This document shows, one piece after another, positions 9,038-18,650 of a stretch of DNA of 64,000 nt. A model generated the notes under the pieces. It was given only the letters and a program-made list of their open reading frames with translations. It was not told where the DNA came from and did no database searches. The DNA is taken from the NCBI GenBank assembly GCA_963732385.1, contig CAVSZB010000007.1, positions 928,001 to 992,000 of the forward strand. Direction: 5' to 3'. This stretch comes from an uncultured bacterium (GTDB lineage: Bacteria > Krumholzibacteriota > Krumholzibacteriia > LZORAL124-64-63). Made by a program: the position numbers and the translations under genes. Every line of letters begins with the position of its first letter. Position 1 is the first letter of the stretch.

Positions 9038-9526
9038 TCAGAACGGCAGGTCGTCGTCGTCCGAGCCGGGCGGAGGGGCCTGCGGGAAATCGCCTTCGTC
9101 GTCGGGATGGGGGGACGGGCCGCCGGGGCGCGGGCCGCGCTGGCCGCCACCGCTGCGCTCGGAGCGGCCACCGCCGCCGCCGCCCTCGCCCTCACCGGGG
9201 CGGCCGAGCATCTGCATGATGTTGGCCACGATCTCGGTGGTGTAGCGCTTGCCGCCCTCCTTGTCCTCCCACTGGCGGGTCTGGATGCGGCCCTCGACGT
9301 AGATCTGCTTGCCCTTCTTCAGGTACTGCCCGCAGATCTCGCCGAGCTTGCCCCAGGCCACGATGTTGTGCCACTCGGTGCGTTCCTGCTTGTTCCCTTC
9401 ACGGTCGGTCCAGACGTCGGTGGTGGCGATACGGAAGTTCGCCACCGCCTGGCTGTTCTGGGTGTAGCGCACCTCGGGGTCGGCCCCGAGGTTGCCAATG
9501 AGGATGACCTTGTTGACACTCGCCAT
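9038..9526 (-). CDS. ssb: Single-stranded DNA-binding protein
   Basis: [20 protein letters not shown], Gly-rich linker, DDDLPF tail. Confidence 0.98.
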   Translation of the reverse strand: MASVNKVILIGNLGADPEVRYTQNSQAVANFRIATTDVWTDREGNKQERTEWHNIVAWGKLGEICGQYLKKGKQIYVEGRIQTRQWEDKEGGKRYTTEIVANIMQMLGRPGEGEGGGGGGRSERSGGGQRGPRPGGPSPHPDDEGDFPQAPPPGSDDDDLPF

Positions 9527-9692
9527 CCCAACCTCCTGCGGCTGGGCGGCCGCTGGCCGCCCTGGTTCTTGATGGCCCGGTTGACCGGGCGCTCCCGGCG
9601 CGCAGCCCTGACCGCCACCCGGGCAGGGGAGGACACGGCGGCTGGGAGGAACGCCCCGATCGCGCGCGGAGATCGGGACGGGAGAAAAGCGG

Positions 9693-9769
9693 TGGGGTGG
9701 ATGATGGGACTCGAACCCACAACAACCGGGACCACAACCCGGGGCTCTGCCAGTTGAGCTACATCCACC
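9693..9769 (-). tRNA. tRNA-His(GTG), including G-1
   Basis: GGTGGATGTAGCTCAACTGGCAGAGCCCCGGGTT-GTG-GTCCCGG...GTTCGAGTCCCATCATCCACCCCA. Confidence 0.96.
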
Positions 9770-9785
9770 ACCGAAGTTGCATGTC

Positions 9786-9862
9786 TGGCGCGCCTGGCAG
9801 GACTCGAACCTGCGACCGTCGGATTAGAAATCCGATGCTCTATCCGACTGAGCTACAGGCGC
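9786..9862 (-). tRNA. tRNA-Arg(TCT)
   Basis: GCGCCTGTAGCTCAGTCGGATAGAGCATCGGATT-TCT-AATCCGA...GTTCGAGTCCTGCCAGGCGCGCCA. Confidence 0.96.
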
Positions 9863-9948
9863 AAGCTTACCCCGCCACAGCACGCGGGGAGCGCTATGAT
9901 GGCCCCGGTCGCGCGGCGTGTCAAGGGGCCCGCCGTCAACGGCGGAGG

Positions 9949-10025
<77 letters not shown>

Positions 10026-10099
10026 ACCTTTCAGCAACCGGCGGGCCACTCCGCATTCCGGGCCGACGCAGGCCCGCCGTGGCTGCGCCACGCTGTCCA

Positions 10100-10128
10100 T
10101 GAATAGGGGCGCCCCCGGCAGGTGTCAA
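10100..10128 (-). promoter_or_regulatory. sigma70-type promoter of the tRNA-Pro/Arg/His cluster
   Basis: TTGACA-N17-TATTCA; a second TTGACA-N17-CATCAT lies upstream of tRNA-Arg (about 9896-9924). Confidence 0.55.
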
Positions 10129-10135
10129 TGCAGGT

Positions 10136-11164
10136 TCACGCCGCGGGCGCCGCGATGGCCACCGCGGCCGACAGCAGCCGACGCAGGGCGCGGCCACGAT
10201 GGCTGATGGCGTTCTTGGCCTCCGGCTCCAGTTCGGCCAGCGTGCGGTCGCTGCCGTGCGGCCGGAAAAGCGGGTCGTAGCCGAAACCGCCCCAGCCGAT
10301 CGGTTCGCGCGTCACCTCGCCGACCAGGCGGCCCGACGCGGAAATCTCCCGCCAGACCGGCTCGTTCACGCCCCGGCCCGGCGCCTCGGACGACAGGCCG
10401 GAGGGGGCGGTGAGGGTCGGCGGCGGCAGGGTGCCGTCGGGCCCGTTGGTCGTCCAGATCCGGGTGTCGGGCAGACGCAGCGCGGGCGGCGTCGCCCCGT
10501 CCGGACGCCAGGCCCCCGGCAGCGGCGCGAGCAGCCGGTCGAGCGTCTCGCGCAACCGCGCGGCGTCGCCGCCGTGAGTGACGAGGATGTCGCCCCAACG
10601 CGCCCGGTACGCCGCCCAGGCCTGCAGGCGGTCGCCCCAGTTGTCCCAGTAGGCGGCCTCGCGAGCCGGGTCCTTCACCTCGATGGCGCGGGCGAACGGA
10701 TTGTGCAGCCAGCGCGCGTCGCCCTCCGGGACCGCCGCCGGGGGCGGGCCGCCGCCGGCGCGCGGACGGGGATCGACCCAGACCGCGGCGGTGATGAAGC
10801 GGGCCTGCCGGTGACCATCGGGCACGTCGCGCAGCAGCGCGAGCAGCAGATCGACGTTGTCGGCGTAGGTGGCGTCCGGTCCGGCGAAGCGGGAAGCGAA
10901 AATGTCAGGCAGGTCGTTCAGCGCCGACACCTGGAAGGCGGTGTCGTCGGCGACCGCGATCTCGCCGGTCCAGGCTGCCGTGGCGATCGCCTTGCGGCTG
11001 GCATTGCCCAAAACGGTGGTGCCGTCCTCGACGACCTCCGGCAGGCCCGGATAGTCGAGTGCGGAGGCGATCTCGAACGGCAGGCCGACGCACAGCTCGC
11101 GCATTTCGCGCAGCTTGTCGGCGTTGCGGCTCGCCAGGACCACGCGGCGGCGGGCGGGGGTCAT
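10136..11164 (-). CDS. rdgB: RdgB/HAM1 non-canonical purine NTP pyrophosphatase with a ~140-aa internal insertion
   Basis: ATGA overlap with rph; [43 protein letters not shown]. Confidence 0.9.
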   Translation of the reverse strand: MTPARRRVVLASRNADKLREMRELCVGLPFEIASALDYPGLPEVVEDGTTVLGNASRKAIATAAWTGEIAVADDTAFQVSALNDLPDIFASRFAGPDATYADNVDLLLALLRDVPDGHRQARFITAAVWVDPRPRAGGGPPPAAVPEGDARWLHNPFARAIEVKDPAREAAYWDNWGDRLQAWAAYRARWGDILVTHGGDAARLRETLDRLLAPLPGAWRPDGATPPALRLPDTRIWTTNGPDGTLPPPTLTAPSGLSSEAPGRGVNEPVWREISASGRLVGEVTREPIGWGGFGYDPLFRPHGSDRTLAELEPEAKNAISHRGRALRRLLSAAVAIAAPAA

Positions 11165-11904
11165 CGGCCGGTCCCGGCGCCGCCGACCGGCGCGACCGGC
11201 GCCAGCGCCGCCCGCTGCACCTCGCCGATCTTCCCGATCGCGGCGGCGGCGAGATCGAGCATCCGATCGAGTTCGGACCGGTCGAACGGCTTGTGCTCGG
11301 CGGTCCCCTGCACCTCCACCAGGCCGCCCCCCTCCACCATGACCACGTTCATGTCGGTGCCGGCGCGCGCGTCCTCGGCGTAGTCGAGGTCGAGCAGCAC
11401 CTCGCCCTCGAGCACGCCGAGACTGACCGCGCCGACCAGTTTCGGCATCGGGTGCTGCTTCAGGCGCAGGCGGGTGAGCGCGTCGTGCAGCGCCACCGCG
11501 GCGCCGTTGATCGCGGCGCAGCGGGTGCCGCCGTCGGCGCGCAGCACGTCGCAATCGACCGTGATCGTCAGCTCGCCCATGGCGTGCAGGTCGGTCACCG
11601 CCCGCAGCGAGCGACCGATCAGCCGCTGGATCTCCATCGTGCGGCCCCCCTGCCCCTTCGCCACCGCCTCGCGGGTCATCCTTTCATCGGTGGATCGGGG
11701 CAGCATGCCGTACTCCGCGGTGACCCACCCGCCGCCGTTGCCCTTGAGCCACTTCGGCACGCCGGCGGCGATGCTCGCGGTGCAGACCACCACGGTCCGC
11801 CCCATCGAGATGAGCGCCGAGCCCTCGGCGTGCGGCAGGTAGTCGCGGGTGATGCTGAGGGGACGCAACATGGTGGCCCGGCGGCCTTCGGCCCGTTCGG
11901 TCAC
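11161..11904 (-). CDS. rph: Ribonuclease PH
   Basis: [67 protein letters not shown]. Confidence 0.97.
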   Translation of the reverse strand: MTERAEGRRATMLRPLSITRDYLPHAEGSALISMGRTVVVCTASIAAGVPKWLKGNGGGWVTAEYGMLPRSTDERMTREAVAKGQGGRTMEIQRLIGRSLRAVTDLHAMGELTITVDCDVLRADGGTRCAAINGAAVALHDALTRLRLKQHPMPKLVGAVSLGVLEGEVLLDLDYAEDARAGTDMNVVMVEGGGLVEVQGTAEHKPFDRSELDRMLDLAAAAIGKIGEVQRAALAPVAPVGGAGTGR

Positions 11905-12776
11905 GCGCCGCTCCTTTGCTCACGGACGAGACGGGCGGCCTGCTCGACTTCGTCCAGGTTGACCTGGCGGACCGCCTCGATCGGTCGGCCCAGGAAGCGG
12001 GCGCCCGCCTCCGCGAATTTCCACGGCACGTCGCTCAGCCAGAATTCGAGCTGCAGCCGCGCCGGGGCGACTTCGCCGGCCGCGACCGTCGGTCCCACGG
12101 CCGGGCGGACCAGCCCGCGTTCGACCAGCGTGCGGGCGGCCGCCTCCGCGAGCGCCTCGGCCGAGTCCACCAGCGCCGTCTCCGGCTCCATGAAGCGACT
12201 GATGGCCGGTTTGAGCAGCGGGTAGTGCGTGCAACCGAGGATCAGCGTGTCGACCCGCGCCTCGCGCAGCGGCAGCAGGTACTCGGCCACCGCCATCTCC
12301 GTGATGGGATGCTCGGTCAGCCCCTCCTCGGCCAGCGGCACGAAGAGCGGGCACTCCCGCGCGCGGACCCGCGCCGACCCCACCACCCGCGCCAGCCCCT
12401 CCTGGTATTTGCCGCTGCGTATCGTACCGCTGGTGCCGATCACGCCGATCGGCCCGCCGCGCGTGCGCGCCAGCGCGGCCTCGATGCCGGGCTCGATCAC
12501 GCCGAGCACCGGGACCGGGAATTCCTGCTGCAGCTCGTCGAGTGCGAAGGCCGAGGCGGTGTTGCACGCCACCACGATCATCTTGACGCCCTGCGCGTGA
12601 AGGAAGGCGGCGTCCTGCCGCGCGAACGCGCGCACCGTGCGCGCCCCCTTGGTGCCGTACGGCACCCGCGCGGTGTCGCCGAAATAGATGAAGTCCTCGT
12701 CCGGCAGGCGCCGCAGCAGCGCCCGCAGGACCGTCAGCCCCCCCATCCCCGAGTCGAAGACGCCGATCGGACCCAC
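11901..12776 (-). CDS. murI: Glutamate racemase
   Basis: [37 protein letters not shown]. Confidence 0.97.
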   Translation of the reverse strand: MGPIGVFDSGMGGLTVLRALLRRLPDEDFIYFGDTARVPYGTKGARTVRAFARQDAAFLHAQGVKMIVVACNTASAFALDELQQEFPVPVLGVIEPGIEAALARTRGGPIGVIGTSGTIRSGKYQEGLARVVGSARVRARECPLFVPLAEEGLTEHPITEMAVAEYLLPLREARVDTLILGCTHYPLLKPAISRFMEPETALVDSAEALAEAAARTLVERGLVRPAVGPTVAAGEVAPARLQLEFWLSDVPWKFAEAGARFLGRPIEAVRQVNLDEVEQAARLVREQRSGA

Positions 12777-12777
12777 G

Positions 12778-13377
12778 CTACCGCCACCTCCGCGGATCGA
12801 GCGGCTGGTCGAGCGCCAGGTGGCCGGCCAGCGTCTCGACCTGCTCGCCCGCCACCAGCAACGTGCAGGCGCGCACCTCCGGGAAGTCCAACGCGATCGT
12901 GCGCAGGATGGCGTCGACCGTGGCGCGCTCGGCGGCCGAACCGCCGGGGTGGTTGTCGCGCAACTCGCGGCTGAAATCGATCAGCACCGACGCCTGGCGC
13001 TCGTCGTAGAAAACCGCCAGCGGACGCGCGCCGCGCGGGATGGTGCCGATCGCGCCGCGGGTCTCCGGTCCGGCGCACAGCGCGTCGAGCACGGCGCGCA
13101 ACTCCTCTTCGATACGGTTGGTGGCCGGGAGCTGGCGCTGTTCGATGATCATGCTCATCGCGTCGGCGCTGACGAAGACCAGTTGCACGCTGCGCGTCCC
13201 GGGCGACACCGCCAGCGTGTCGGGCGCGGAAGCCTCGGAGGCCGGCGCGTTCGCCGCTTCGCGCCACCGCTGCACGAAGCGCAGCGCGACCACGCTCAGC
13301 ACCACCAGCGCCGCGAGGACAACCAGGGCGATCCAGAAGCGGGCGCCACGGCCGGAACCCCTGCCGGTCTCCGTCAT
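12778..13377 (-). CDS. GerMN domain membrane protein
   Basis: N-terminal TM; IDFS..HPGGSAAE, LLVAGEQVETLAGH; usual amidase-GerMN-murI-rph context. Confidence 0.85.
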   Translation of the reverse strand: MTETGRGSGRGARFWIALVVLAALVVLSVVALRFVQRWREAANAPASEASAPDTLAVSPGTRSVQLVFVSADAMSMIIEQRQLPATNRIEEELRAVLDALCAGPETRGAIGTIPRGARPLAVFYDERQASVLIDFSRELRDNHPGGSAAERATVDAILRTIALDFPEVRACTLLVAGEQVETLAGHLALDQPLDPRRWR

Positions 13378-15032
13378 GGCCGCTCCTCCCTCTCTGCGCG
13401 CCCGGCGCCGGCGTGGCGGTCGCGATACTCCAGGATCGCCTCGCCGATCGTCCGCGCCAGCAGCCGCTGGTGATCGGGATCGATCAACCGCTTCTCCTCG
13501 GCGCCATTGGAGAGGAACCCCATCTCGACCAGGACCGCAGGCATGTAGGCGCCCACCAGCACCCGGAAACCGGCCTGCTTGACGCCGCGGTTCTCGGCGC
13601 CCAGCGCGCGACAGAGACCGGCCTGCACCTCTTCCGCCAGATCGCTGCTGTCGGTGATGAAGCGGTTCTGCACGAGATCCCAGAGGATGAACTCGATGTC
13701 GGCCGTCTCTCCCTCCGCCGCCCAGTTCTCCGCGCGCGCCACCGAAGCGTCGCGGTCGGTCCTGGCCGGCGAGAGAAAATAGGTCTCCACTCCCGTGGCG
13801 CGCTCGCTGAACCAGCCGTTGCAGTGCAGCGACACGAACAGGTCGCCGCCGGCCTGGTTGGCGATCTCCGCGCGCCGGGCGAGCGGGACCGCGCTGTCGT
13901 CATCCCGCGTGAGGACGACCTCCAGTCCCCCCCGCCGCTCGAGCACGCGTTTCAATTCGCGGGCCACGGCCAGGTTGACATCCTTCTCCAGAGCGCCGCC
14001 CGACCCGATACGCCCGGTCTCGTCGCCACCGTGACCGGCATCGACGACCACGGTGCGCACGGTGATCACGCGGTCGGACGCGGGGGACTCGGCAACCGGC
14101 GCCGGCGTGAGGCGCCCGCGTGGCGTCGGCTCCGGCAGCGCCCCGAGTCGCTCCTCCTCGATCATCAGTACGATCTCGCCTCCGTCCTCGGCGGCGTAGG
14201 CGCGATAGCGCGTGACCAGGCCGCTCACGCGCACCCGGATCAGCGCGTCGGTACCGACCTGTTCGGCGTTCACCGCTTCGACGAGTCCCCGCGGCGCGTC
14301 CAGGACGACCTGCGCCGCATCCACCGTGCCGCCGTAGATCTTGAGCAGCAGCAGGCCCGGTTCGGGGCTCTCGGCGCGATAGGTCAGCGGCTTGCCGCAG
14401 GTGAAATGCAGGGCGATGGCGTTCGCGAGCTCCTCCACCCGCAGGCCGGTAATGTCGGCGCGCTCCCCGCCGACGCCTAGCGTCAGGCGCGAGGAATCCC
14501 AGCGCACCGGCTCGCGCAGCGCCGGCCCCACGACGCGGATCAGGAACTCGAGCGGCACCCACAGGTCGCCGGCGCGGGCGAACACCGGCGCGCGCAGGAG
14601 GGTCTCGCCGGCGTCACCGGCCACCAGGCGGCTGCCCGCGGTGAGATGGAAGTCACGACCGCCGGCGCGGAAGACGAGCCGGTGCCCCTCCTCCTGCCAG
14701 TCGCGGCGCGCCCCGAACAGCAACGCCGCCCCGCTCGTGGAGACGTACACTTCCAGACTGCCGGCCAACAGCCGGCGCCCCTCGATTTCCAGTCTGGAGC
14801 GGGTGGCGAACAACGTGGTCTGCACGACCAGCGCCGGCGCGTTGGGATCGAGCCGCGTGAAGGCGTCCGGATCGGTGGGCTCGGCCGCCGCGCTGGCCGG
14901 GCGAAGCGCCGCCGTCGCGATCAGCCCGGCCAGGACGATCAGCACGACCGCCGACACCCCGGTCGTAAGCCACCCCACGGACGCGAGCGGAGCGCGCGGG
15001 AGGCGAAGCACGCCGATCGGGGGGATCGTCAT
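13374..15032 (-). CDS. N-acetylmuramoyl-L-alanine amidase (Amidase_3) with N-terminal accessory domains
   Basis: VVVDAGHGG, EKDVNL, LTRDDD, FVSLHCN, ENRGVKQAGFRVL, PAVLVEMGFLSN. Confidence 0.93.
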   Translation of the reverse strand: MTIPPIGVLRLPRAPLASVGWLTTGVSAVVLIVLAGLIATAALRPASAAAEPTDPDAFTRLDPNAPALVVQTTLFATRSRLEIEGRRLLAGSLEVYVSTSGAALLFGARRDWQEEGHRLVFRAGGRDFHLTAGSRLVAGDAGETLLRAPVFARAGDLWVPLEFLIRVVGPALREPVRWDSSRLTLGVGGERADITGLRVEELANAIALHFTCGKPLTYRAESPEPGLLLLKIYGGTVDAAQVVLDAPRGLVEAVNAEQVGTDALIRVRVSGLVTRYRAYAAEDGGEIVLMIEEERLGALPEPTPRGRLTPAPVAESPASDRVITVRTVVVDAGHGGDETGRIGSGGALEKDVNLAVARELKRVLERRGGLEVVLTRDDDSAVPLARRAEIANQAGGDLFVSLHCNGWFSERATGVETYFLSPARTDRDASVARAENWAAEGETADIEFILWDLVQNRFITDSSDLAEEVQAGLCRALGAENRGVKQAGFRVLVGAYMPAVLVEMGFLSNGAEEKRLIDPDHQRLLARTIGEAILEYRDRHAGAGRAEREERP

Positions 15033-15532
15033 CAGTCGTCGCCCCTTCCGCTACCGGGTCCCCGACGCCCGAGCTGGCTGGCGATGCGGCGGTCGGTGTC
15101 GCGCCGGGCGGCCGCGTCGCGTTTGTCGTGCAGCTTCCTGCCCCGCCCGAGACCGAGCTCCACCTTCACCATCCCTTTCACGTTGAAATAGAGTCGCAGC
15201 GGCACGAGCGTCAGGCCCTGTTCGTCGATGCGCGGGCGCAGCCGACGCAGTTCGCGCCGGGTCAGCAGCAGCTTGCGGCGCCGGAACGGCTCGTGGTTCT
15301 CGCGGTTGGCCTGTTCGTAGGGGCCGATGTGCAGCTTGACGAGCCACCCCTCGCCGTCACGGATCTCGGCGAAGGAGTCGCCCAGATTGGCCTTGCCCTG
15401 CCGCAGTGCTTTCACTTCGGTGCCCAGCAGCACGAGGCCGGCCTCCCAGGTGTCGAGGATCTCATACTCATGCCGCGCCCGCCGATTGCCGGCGATGAGC
15501 CTGATCCCCTCGTCCTTGCGCTGCGCGCCCAT
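15032..15532 (-). CDS. smpB: SsrA-binding protein
   Basis: NRRARHEY, EAGLVLLGTEVKALR, HEPFRRRKLLL, GLTLVPLRLYF, GRKLHDKR. Confidence 0.98.
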   Translation of the reverse strand: MGAQRKDEGIRLIAGNRRARHEYEILDTWEAGLVLLGTEVKALRQGKANLGDSFAEIRDGEGWLVKLHIGPYEQANRENHEPFRRRKLLLTRRELRRLRPRIDEQGLTLVPLRLYFNVKGMVKVELGLGRGRKLHDKRDAAARRDTDRRIASQLGRRGPGSGRGDD

Positions 15533-15619
15533 GCCGGCCTTTCCGCGGGCCCGCGAAAACGGCCCGAACGGAGGAAACTAGCACCTCGTCGAAAGAGTGA
15601 CAAGGCGCGACAGACAGAG

Positions 15620-15648
15620 TTGACACCCCTGGGCGCGGGGGCTAGATT
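15620..15648 (+). promoter_or_regulatory. sigma70-type promoter of tRNA-Leu
   Basis: TTGACA-N17-TAGATT. Confidence 0.7.
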
Positions 15649-15699
15649 GAGCGGCCCGACGCGGTATCGTCCGCGTCGGATCGGCCTGCCGATCCGAGT

Positions 15700-15785
15700 G
15701 CCCGGATGGCGGAATTGGTAGACGCGCTACGTTCAGGTCGTAGTGAGGAATCCTCGTGGGAGTTCGAGTCTCCCTCCGGGCACCA
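15700..15785 (+). tRNA. tRNA-Leu(CAG)
   Basis: GCCCGGATGGCGGAATTGGTAGACGCGCTACGTT-CAG-GTCGTAG, long variable arm, GTTCGAGTCTCCCTCCGGGCACCA. Confidence 0.96.
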
Positions 15786-15805
15786 GGTCCCCCCCGCGTA
15801 ACCCG

Positions 15806-17170
15806 TCATTTGAGGTAGCCGAGCGAACGCAACTGCTGGCGGATCGCTTCGTCCACCTGCGGATCGACCCCCGCCGTGTCGGCGCGCGCCCGCGGCGCGA
15901 GCGCCTGGTAGCTCGGCACGCGGTGCCGCTCGATCCGCTTCAGGAACCGGCGTCCTTCGGCGTTCAGCTCCGCGGCGAACGGGCGGCCCGGCATCTCGGC
16001 GCTGGCGGGCAGGCCGAGCAGCATCAGGAACGTCGGCGCGGCATCGATAAGGTCCACCGTGCCGTCACGGGCGCCGGCCGCATGCCAGGGGCTGCGCACC
16101 ACGAAGATCCCTTCGCGACGGTGCTGCTCGGCGCCCATGGTCCAGCCGCGTTTGCGCTGCCGTCCGCCGTAGAAGCCGTGGTCCGACAGCACGACGAACG
16201 GCCGGTCCGGCGGGAACCACGACATCACCTCGCCCAGCATCTCATCGACGAACATGTAGTAGCGCGGCACCACCTGGCCGAACAGGGCCAGTTCGTCGGG
16301 AGTCGCCGGGGCGGGACTCCGGTCGGTCTGCCAGAAAGGCCAGAAATCGTGGCTGACCATGTCGAGGCCGCGCAGGTAGAGCACGAACAACGGCGCTTCG
16401 TCCCGTGCCGCGAGCCAGCGCCCGATCTCGAGGTACGAACGGTCCCCGGCGTACAGTTCGCGCAGCCTCTGCAGATGATATTCGATGGCCGGCGTGCGGG
16501 GGACTCGCGCCAGCACCTCCGGATCGATGAAGCGACCCAGCTCCGCTTCGGTAATGTCTTCGGGCGCAACGCGTAGCGCCGCCACCTGCGGCTGCAGCGA
16601 ATCGGGAGCGGTCAGGCCGCTCAGCGCGGTCCGTCCCGTCTCCAGCCACGGCAGATAGTCGCTCACCATCACTCCCTGGATCGCTCGCGCCGGGTGGGTG
16701 ACCCACCAGCCGATGACATCGCTGCGCAGGCCGGCCGCGTTGGCAATGTCCCAGAAGGCCGGCACCCGCCAGGCGTTGCTGCGGGTGGGGGTCTGCCTGC
16801 CGTCGCCCGCAGCCTCCTTGACGAACCCCCCCACGCCGTGATCGGCCGGCTGGAGCCCGGTGGCGATGCTCGCCCAGAGCACGGGCGATTTTTCGAGCGG
16901 CACGAAACTGAGCAGATCGGCGCGCGTCGACTGGGTCAGCAACTGCTGGAAGTGCGGCATCCGGCCGGCCGCCAACAGAGAGTCGAGCGGAATCCAGTCG
17001 GCCGCATCGATCCCGAGCACCACCAGCCGGCGCTCGGCCGGCGCCGGCGCGCGGCGGCCACAACCCCCCGCCACGGCCAGCAGCGCCAGCGCCGCCCCCC
17101 AAACCACCAGCGCCGTCCGACGCCCCGCGCGGTCGCGGTCCCGCACCGTCTTCAAATCACCCTCCCGCAT
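15806..17170 (-). CDS. Alkaline phosphatase superfamily protein (type I phosphodiesterase/NPP-like), probable lipoprotein
   Basis: VLGIDAADW, SPVLWASIATG..HG, LDMVSHDFW, LSDHGF, QLRSLGYL; lipobox AVAGG-C. Confidence 0.85.
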   Translation of the reverse strand: MREGDLKTVRDRDRAGRRTALVVWGAALALLAVAGGCGRRAPAPAERRLVVLGIDAADWIPLDSLLAAGRMPHFQQLLTQSTRADLLSFVPLEKSPVLWASIATGLQPADHGVGGFVKEAAGDGRQTPTRSNAWRVPAFWDIANAAGLRSDVIGWWVTHPARAIQGVMVSDYLPWLETGRTALSGLTAPDSLQPQVAALRVAPEDITEAELGRFIDPEVLARVPRTPAIEYHLQRLRELYAGDRSYLEIGRWLAARDEAPLFVLYLRGLDMVSHDFWPFWQTDRSPAPATPDELALFGQVVPRYYMFVDEMLGEVMSWFPPDRPFVVLSDHGFYGGRQRKRGWTMGAEQHRREGIFVVRSPWHAAGARDGTVDLIDAAPTFLMLLGLPASAEMPGRPFAAELNAEGRRFLKRIERHRVPSYQALAPRARADTAGVDPQVDEAIRQQLRSLGYLK

Positions 17171-17271
17171 ACCGTTACCTCCACTTCCGGGCCTGGCGCC
17201 CACAGCGTCCCCCTACAGCCGCCGCCGCCCTGGCCGATCCAAGATAGCGGACCGGACGCCACGGTGCCAAC

Positions 17272-17287
17272 CGGTCCACACCTTGCT
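17272..17287 (+). promoter_or_regulatory. Possible sigma54 (-24/-12) promoter of the CHAT-like gene
   Basis: CGGTCC-ACACC-TTGCT: GG-N10-GC spacing, imperfect -24 box. Confidence 0.3.
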
Positions 17288-17310
17288 AACAGGACCCGGG
17301 GGGATGGCCC

Positions 17311-18627
17311 ATGCGCTGGATCGACATCGACCTCGCAGACCCGCAACGCCGCCACGCGGCCGCGCCCCTGCTGGACCGGGCGGCGGCGCGCGCCGTCGCC
17401 GTGCCATCCCTGCAGGAAAAGGCCGGCGTGGACAGTCCGGCCGTCACCCGGGAGATCCTCGCCACCGGACAACTGCTGTGGAAGGCGGTGCTGGCGGTCG
17501 ATCCGTTCGCCTTCTCGCCGGCGCGGGACTGCGCCGGCGGCGTCGACCCGTGCGTCGGCGCGGCGGAGATCGACCACGGCCACGGCTACCATTTCGTGGT
17601 CGCGCCTCAGGATCTGACCCTCCCCTGGAGCTGGCTGCACAACGGCCCGGGCTTCCTGCTCGCGCACTACCCGCTGGCCGCCGGAACGACCGGCACCTGG
17701 CCCGCGCCCGGCGCTCCGACCCGCGCCTGGATGGGACGGCATCGCGACGCCCTGCTGGCCGAGTTGGTGCAGGGCCGCGTCCCGGCGTCGCTCCGGAGCG
17801 AGCGCGCCGGCGCCGCGGCCGCGCGCATCCTGTTTTTGGCGGGGCATTGCGAGCCGACCGTGCGCCCCCTGCTCTACCGCGAGGCCGAGGCGATCGACGA
17901 GGCGCTCGGCGCGGCCGCCCTGGCCCCCGCGCTGGCTGCGCTCTGGGTGCCGGAACAGGCGATCGCCCCCGGCGCACTCGCCCGCCCCGACGGCGGCTGG
18001 CAGGCGGTCCACTTCGCCGGACCGACCTCCCGTCCACCCGCGGCGGAGGCAGAAGAGCCCTGGGCAGCGCTGGCGCAGACAGGCTGGGCGGATGGCGTCG
18101 ATGCGTCGGAAAGCACCGACGAGCCCCTGTCGTTCGAGGAGGTCGGCGAGCTGGAACTGGTCGGCGTGGACCCGATCTCCGCCCTGCTCGACCAGGTTGC
18201 GGCACGCGCCGCGCACCGCTCGGGGCCGGCCGCGGACGGCGCGTGCCTGGCGACCCCGCCTGTCCACGCGGCGGATCGGCCGCGCTGGCTGCTCGAAGAC
18301 GGGCCGGTGCATCCGGAAAATCTCGGCCGCTCCGGTGGCGCTCCGCCGTTGGTCTTCTCGAACAGCTACCTGAGCCTGCCGGGTCTCGGACCGCGCTTTC
18401 TCGCTGCCGGCGCCTCGACGTTCGTGGGATCGGTGGCGGCGGTCCTCTCCGGGCCGGCGCGTGAGTTCGCGGCGCGGTTCTACGGCTGCCTCGGCGACGG
18501 ATGGAGCACCGCCGCCGCGCTGCACGGCGCCGCGCTGGCCTGTCGCGACCTCTACGGCGAGGAGCACCCGGCCTGGCTCAGCTACGGGCTGATCGGGCAC
18601 GGCGGCCTGGCGCTGCAGTATCTCTAG
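17311..18627 (+). CDS. CHAT (caspase-like) domain protein, catalytically degenerate
   Basis: LPWSWLHNG, EAEAI, VHFAGP, LVFSNSYLS, FLAAGASTFVGS, AREFAARFY, WLSYGLIG. Confidence 0.75.
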   Translation: MRWIDIDLADPQRRHAAAPLLDRAAARAVAVPSLQEKAGVDSPAVTREILATGQLLWKAVLAVDPFAFSPARDCAGGVDPCVGAAEIDHGHGYHFVVAPQDLTLPWSWLHNGPGFLLAHYPLAAGTTGTWPAPGAPTRAWMGRHRDALLAELVQGRVPASLRSERAGAAAARILFLAGHCEPTVRPLLYREAEAIDEALGAAALAPALAALWVPEQAIAPGALARPDGGWQAVHFAGPTSRPPAAEAEEPWAALAQTGWADGVDASESTDEPLSFEEVGELELVGVDPISALLDQVAARAAHRSGPAADGACLATPPVHAADRPRWLLEDGPVHPENLGRSGGAPPLVFSNSYLSLPGLGPRFLAAGASTFVGSVAAVLSGPAREFAARFYGCLGDGWSTAAALHGAALACRDLYGEEHPAWLSYGLIGHGGLALQYL

Positions 18628-18650
18628 GACGGCGCCACGGCCAGGCTCCC

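Noticed and set aside
10350..10770. Intein in rdgB
   Set aside because: No intein terminal motifs or homing endonuclease signature
15533..15699. tmRNA expected near smpB
   Set aside because: Gap too short and no tRNA-Ala-like ends or tag ORF; only the tRNA-Leu promoter and leader are present
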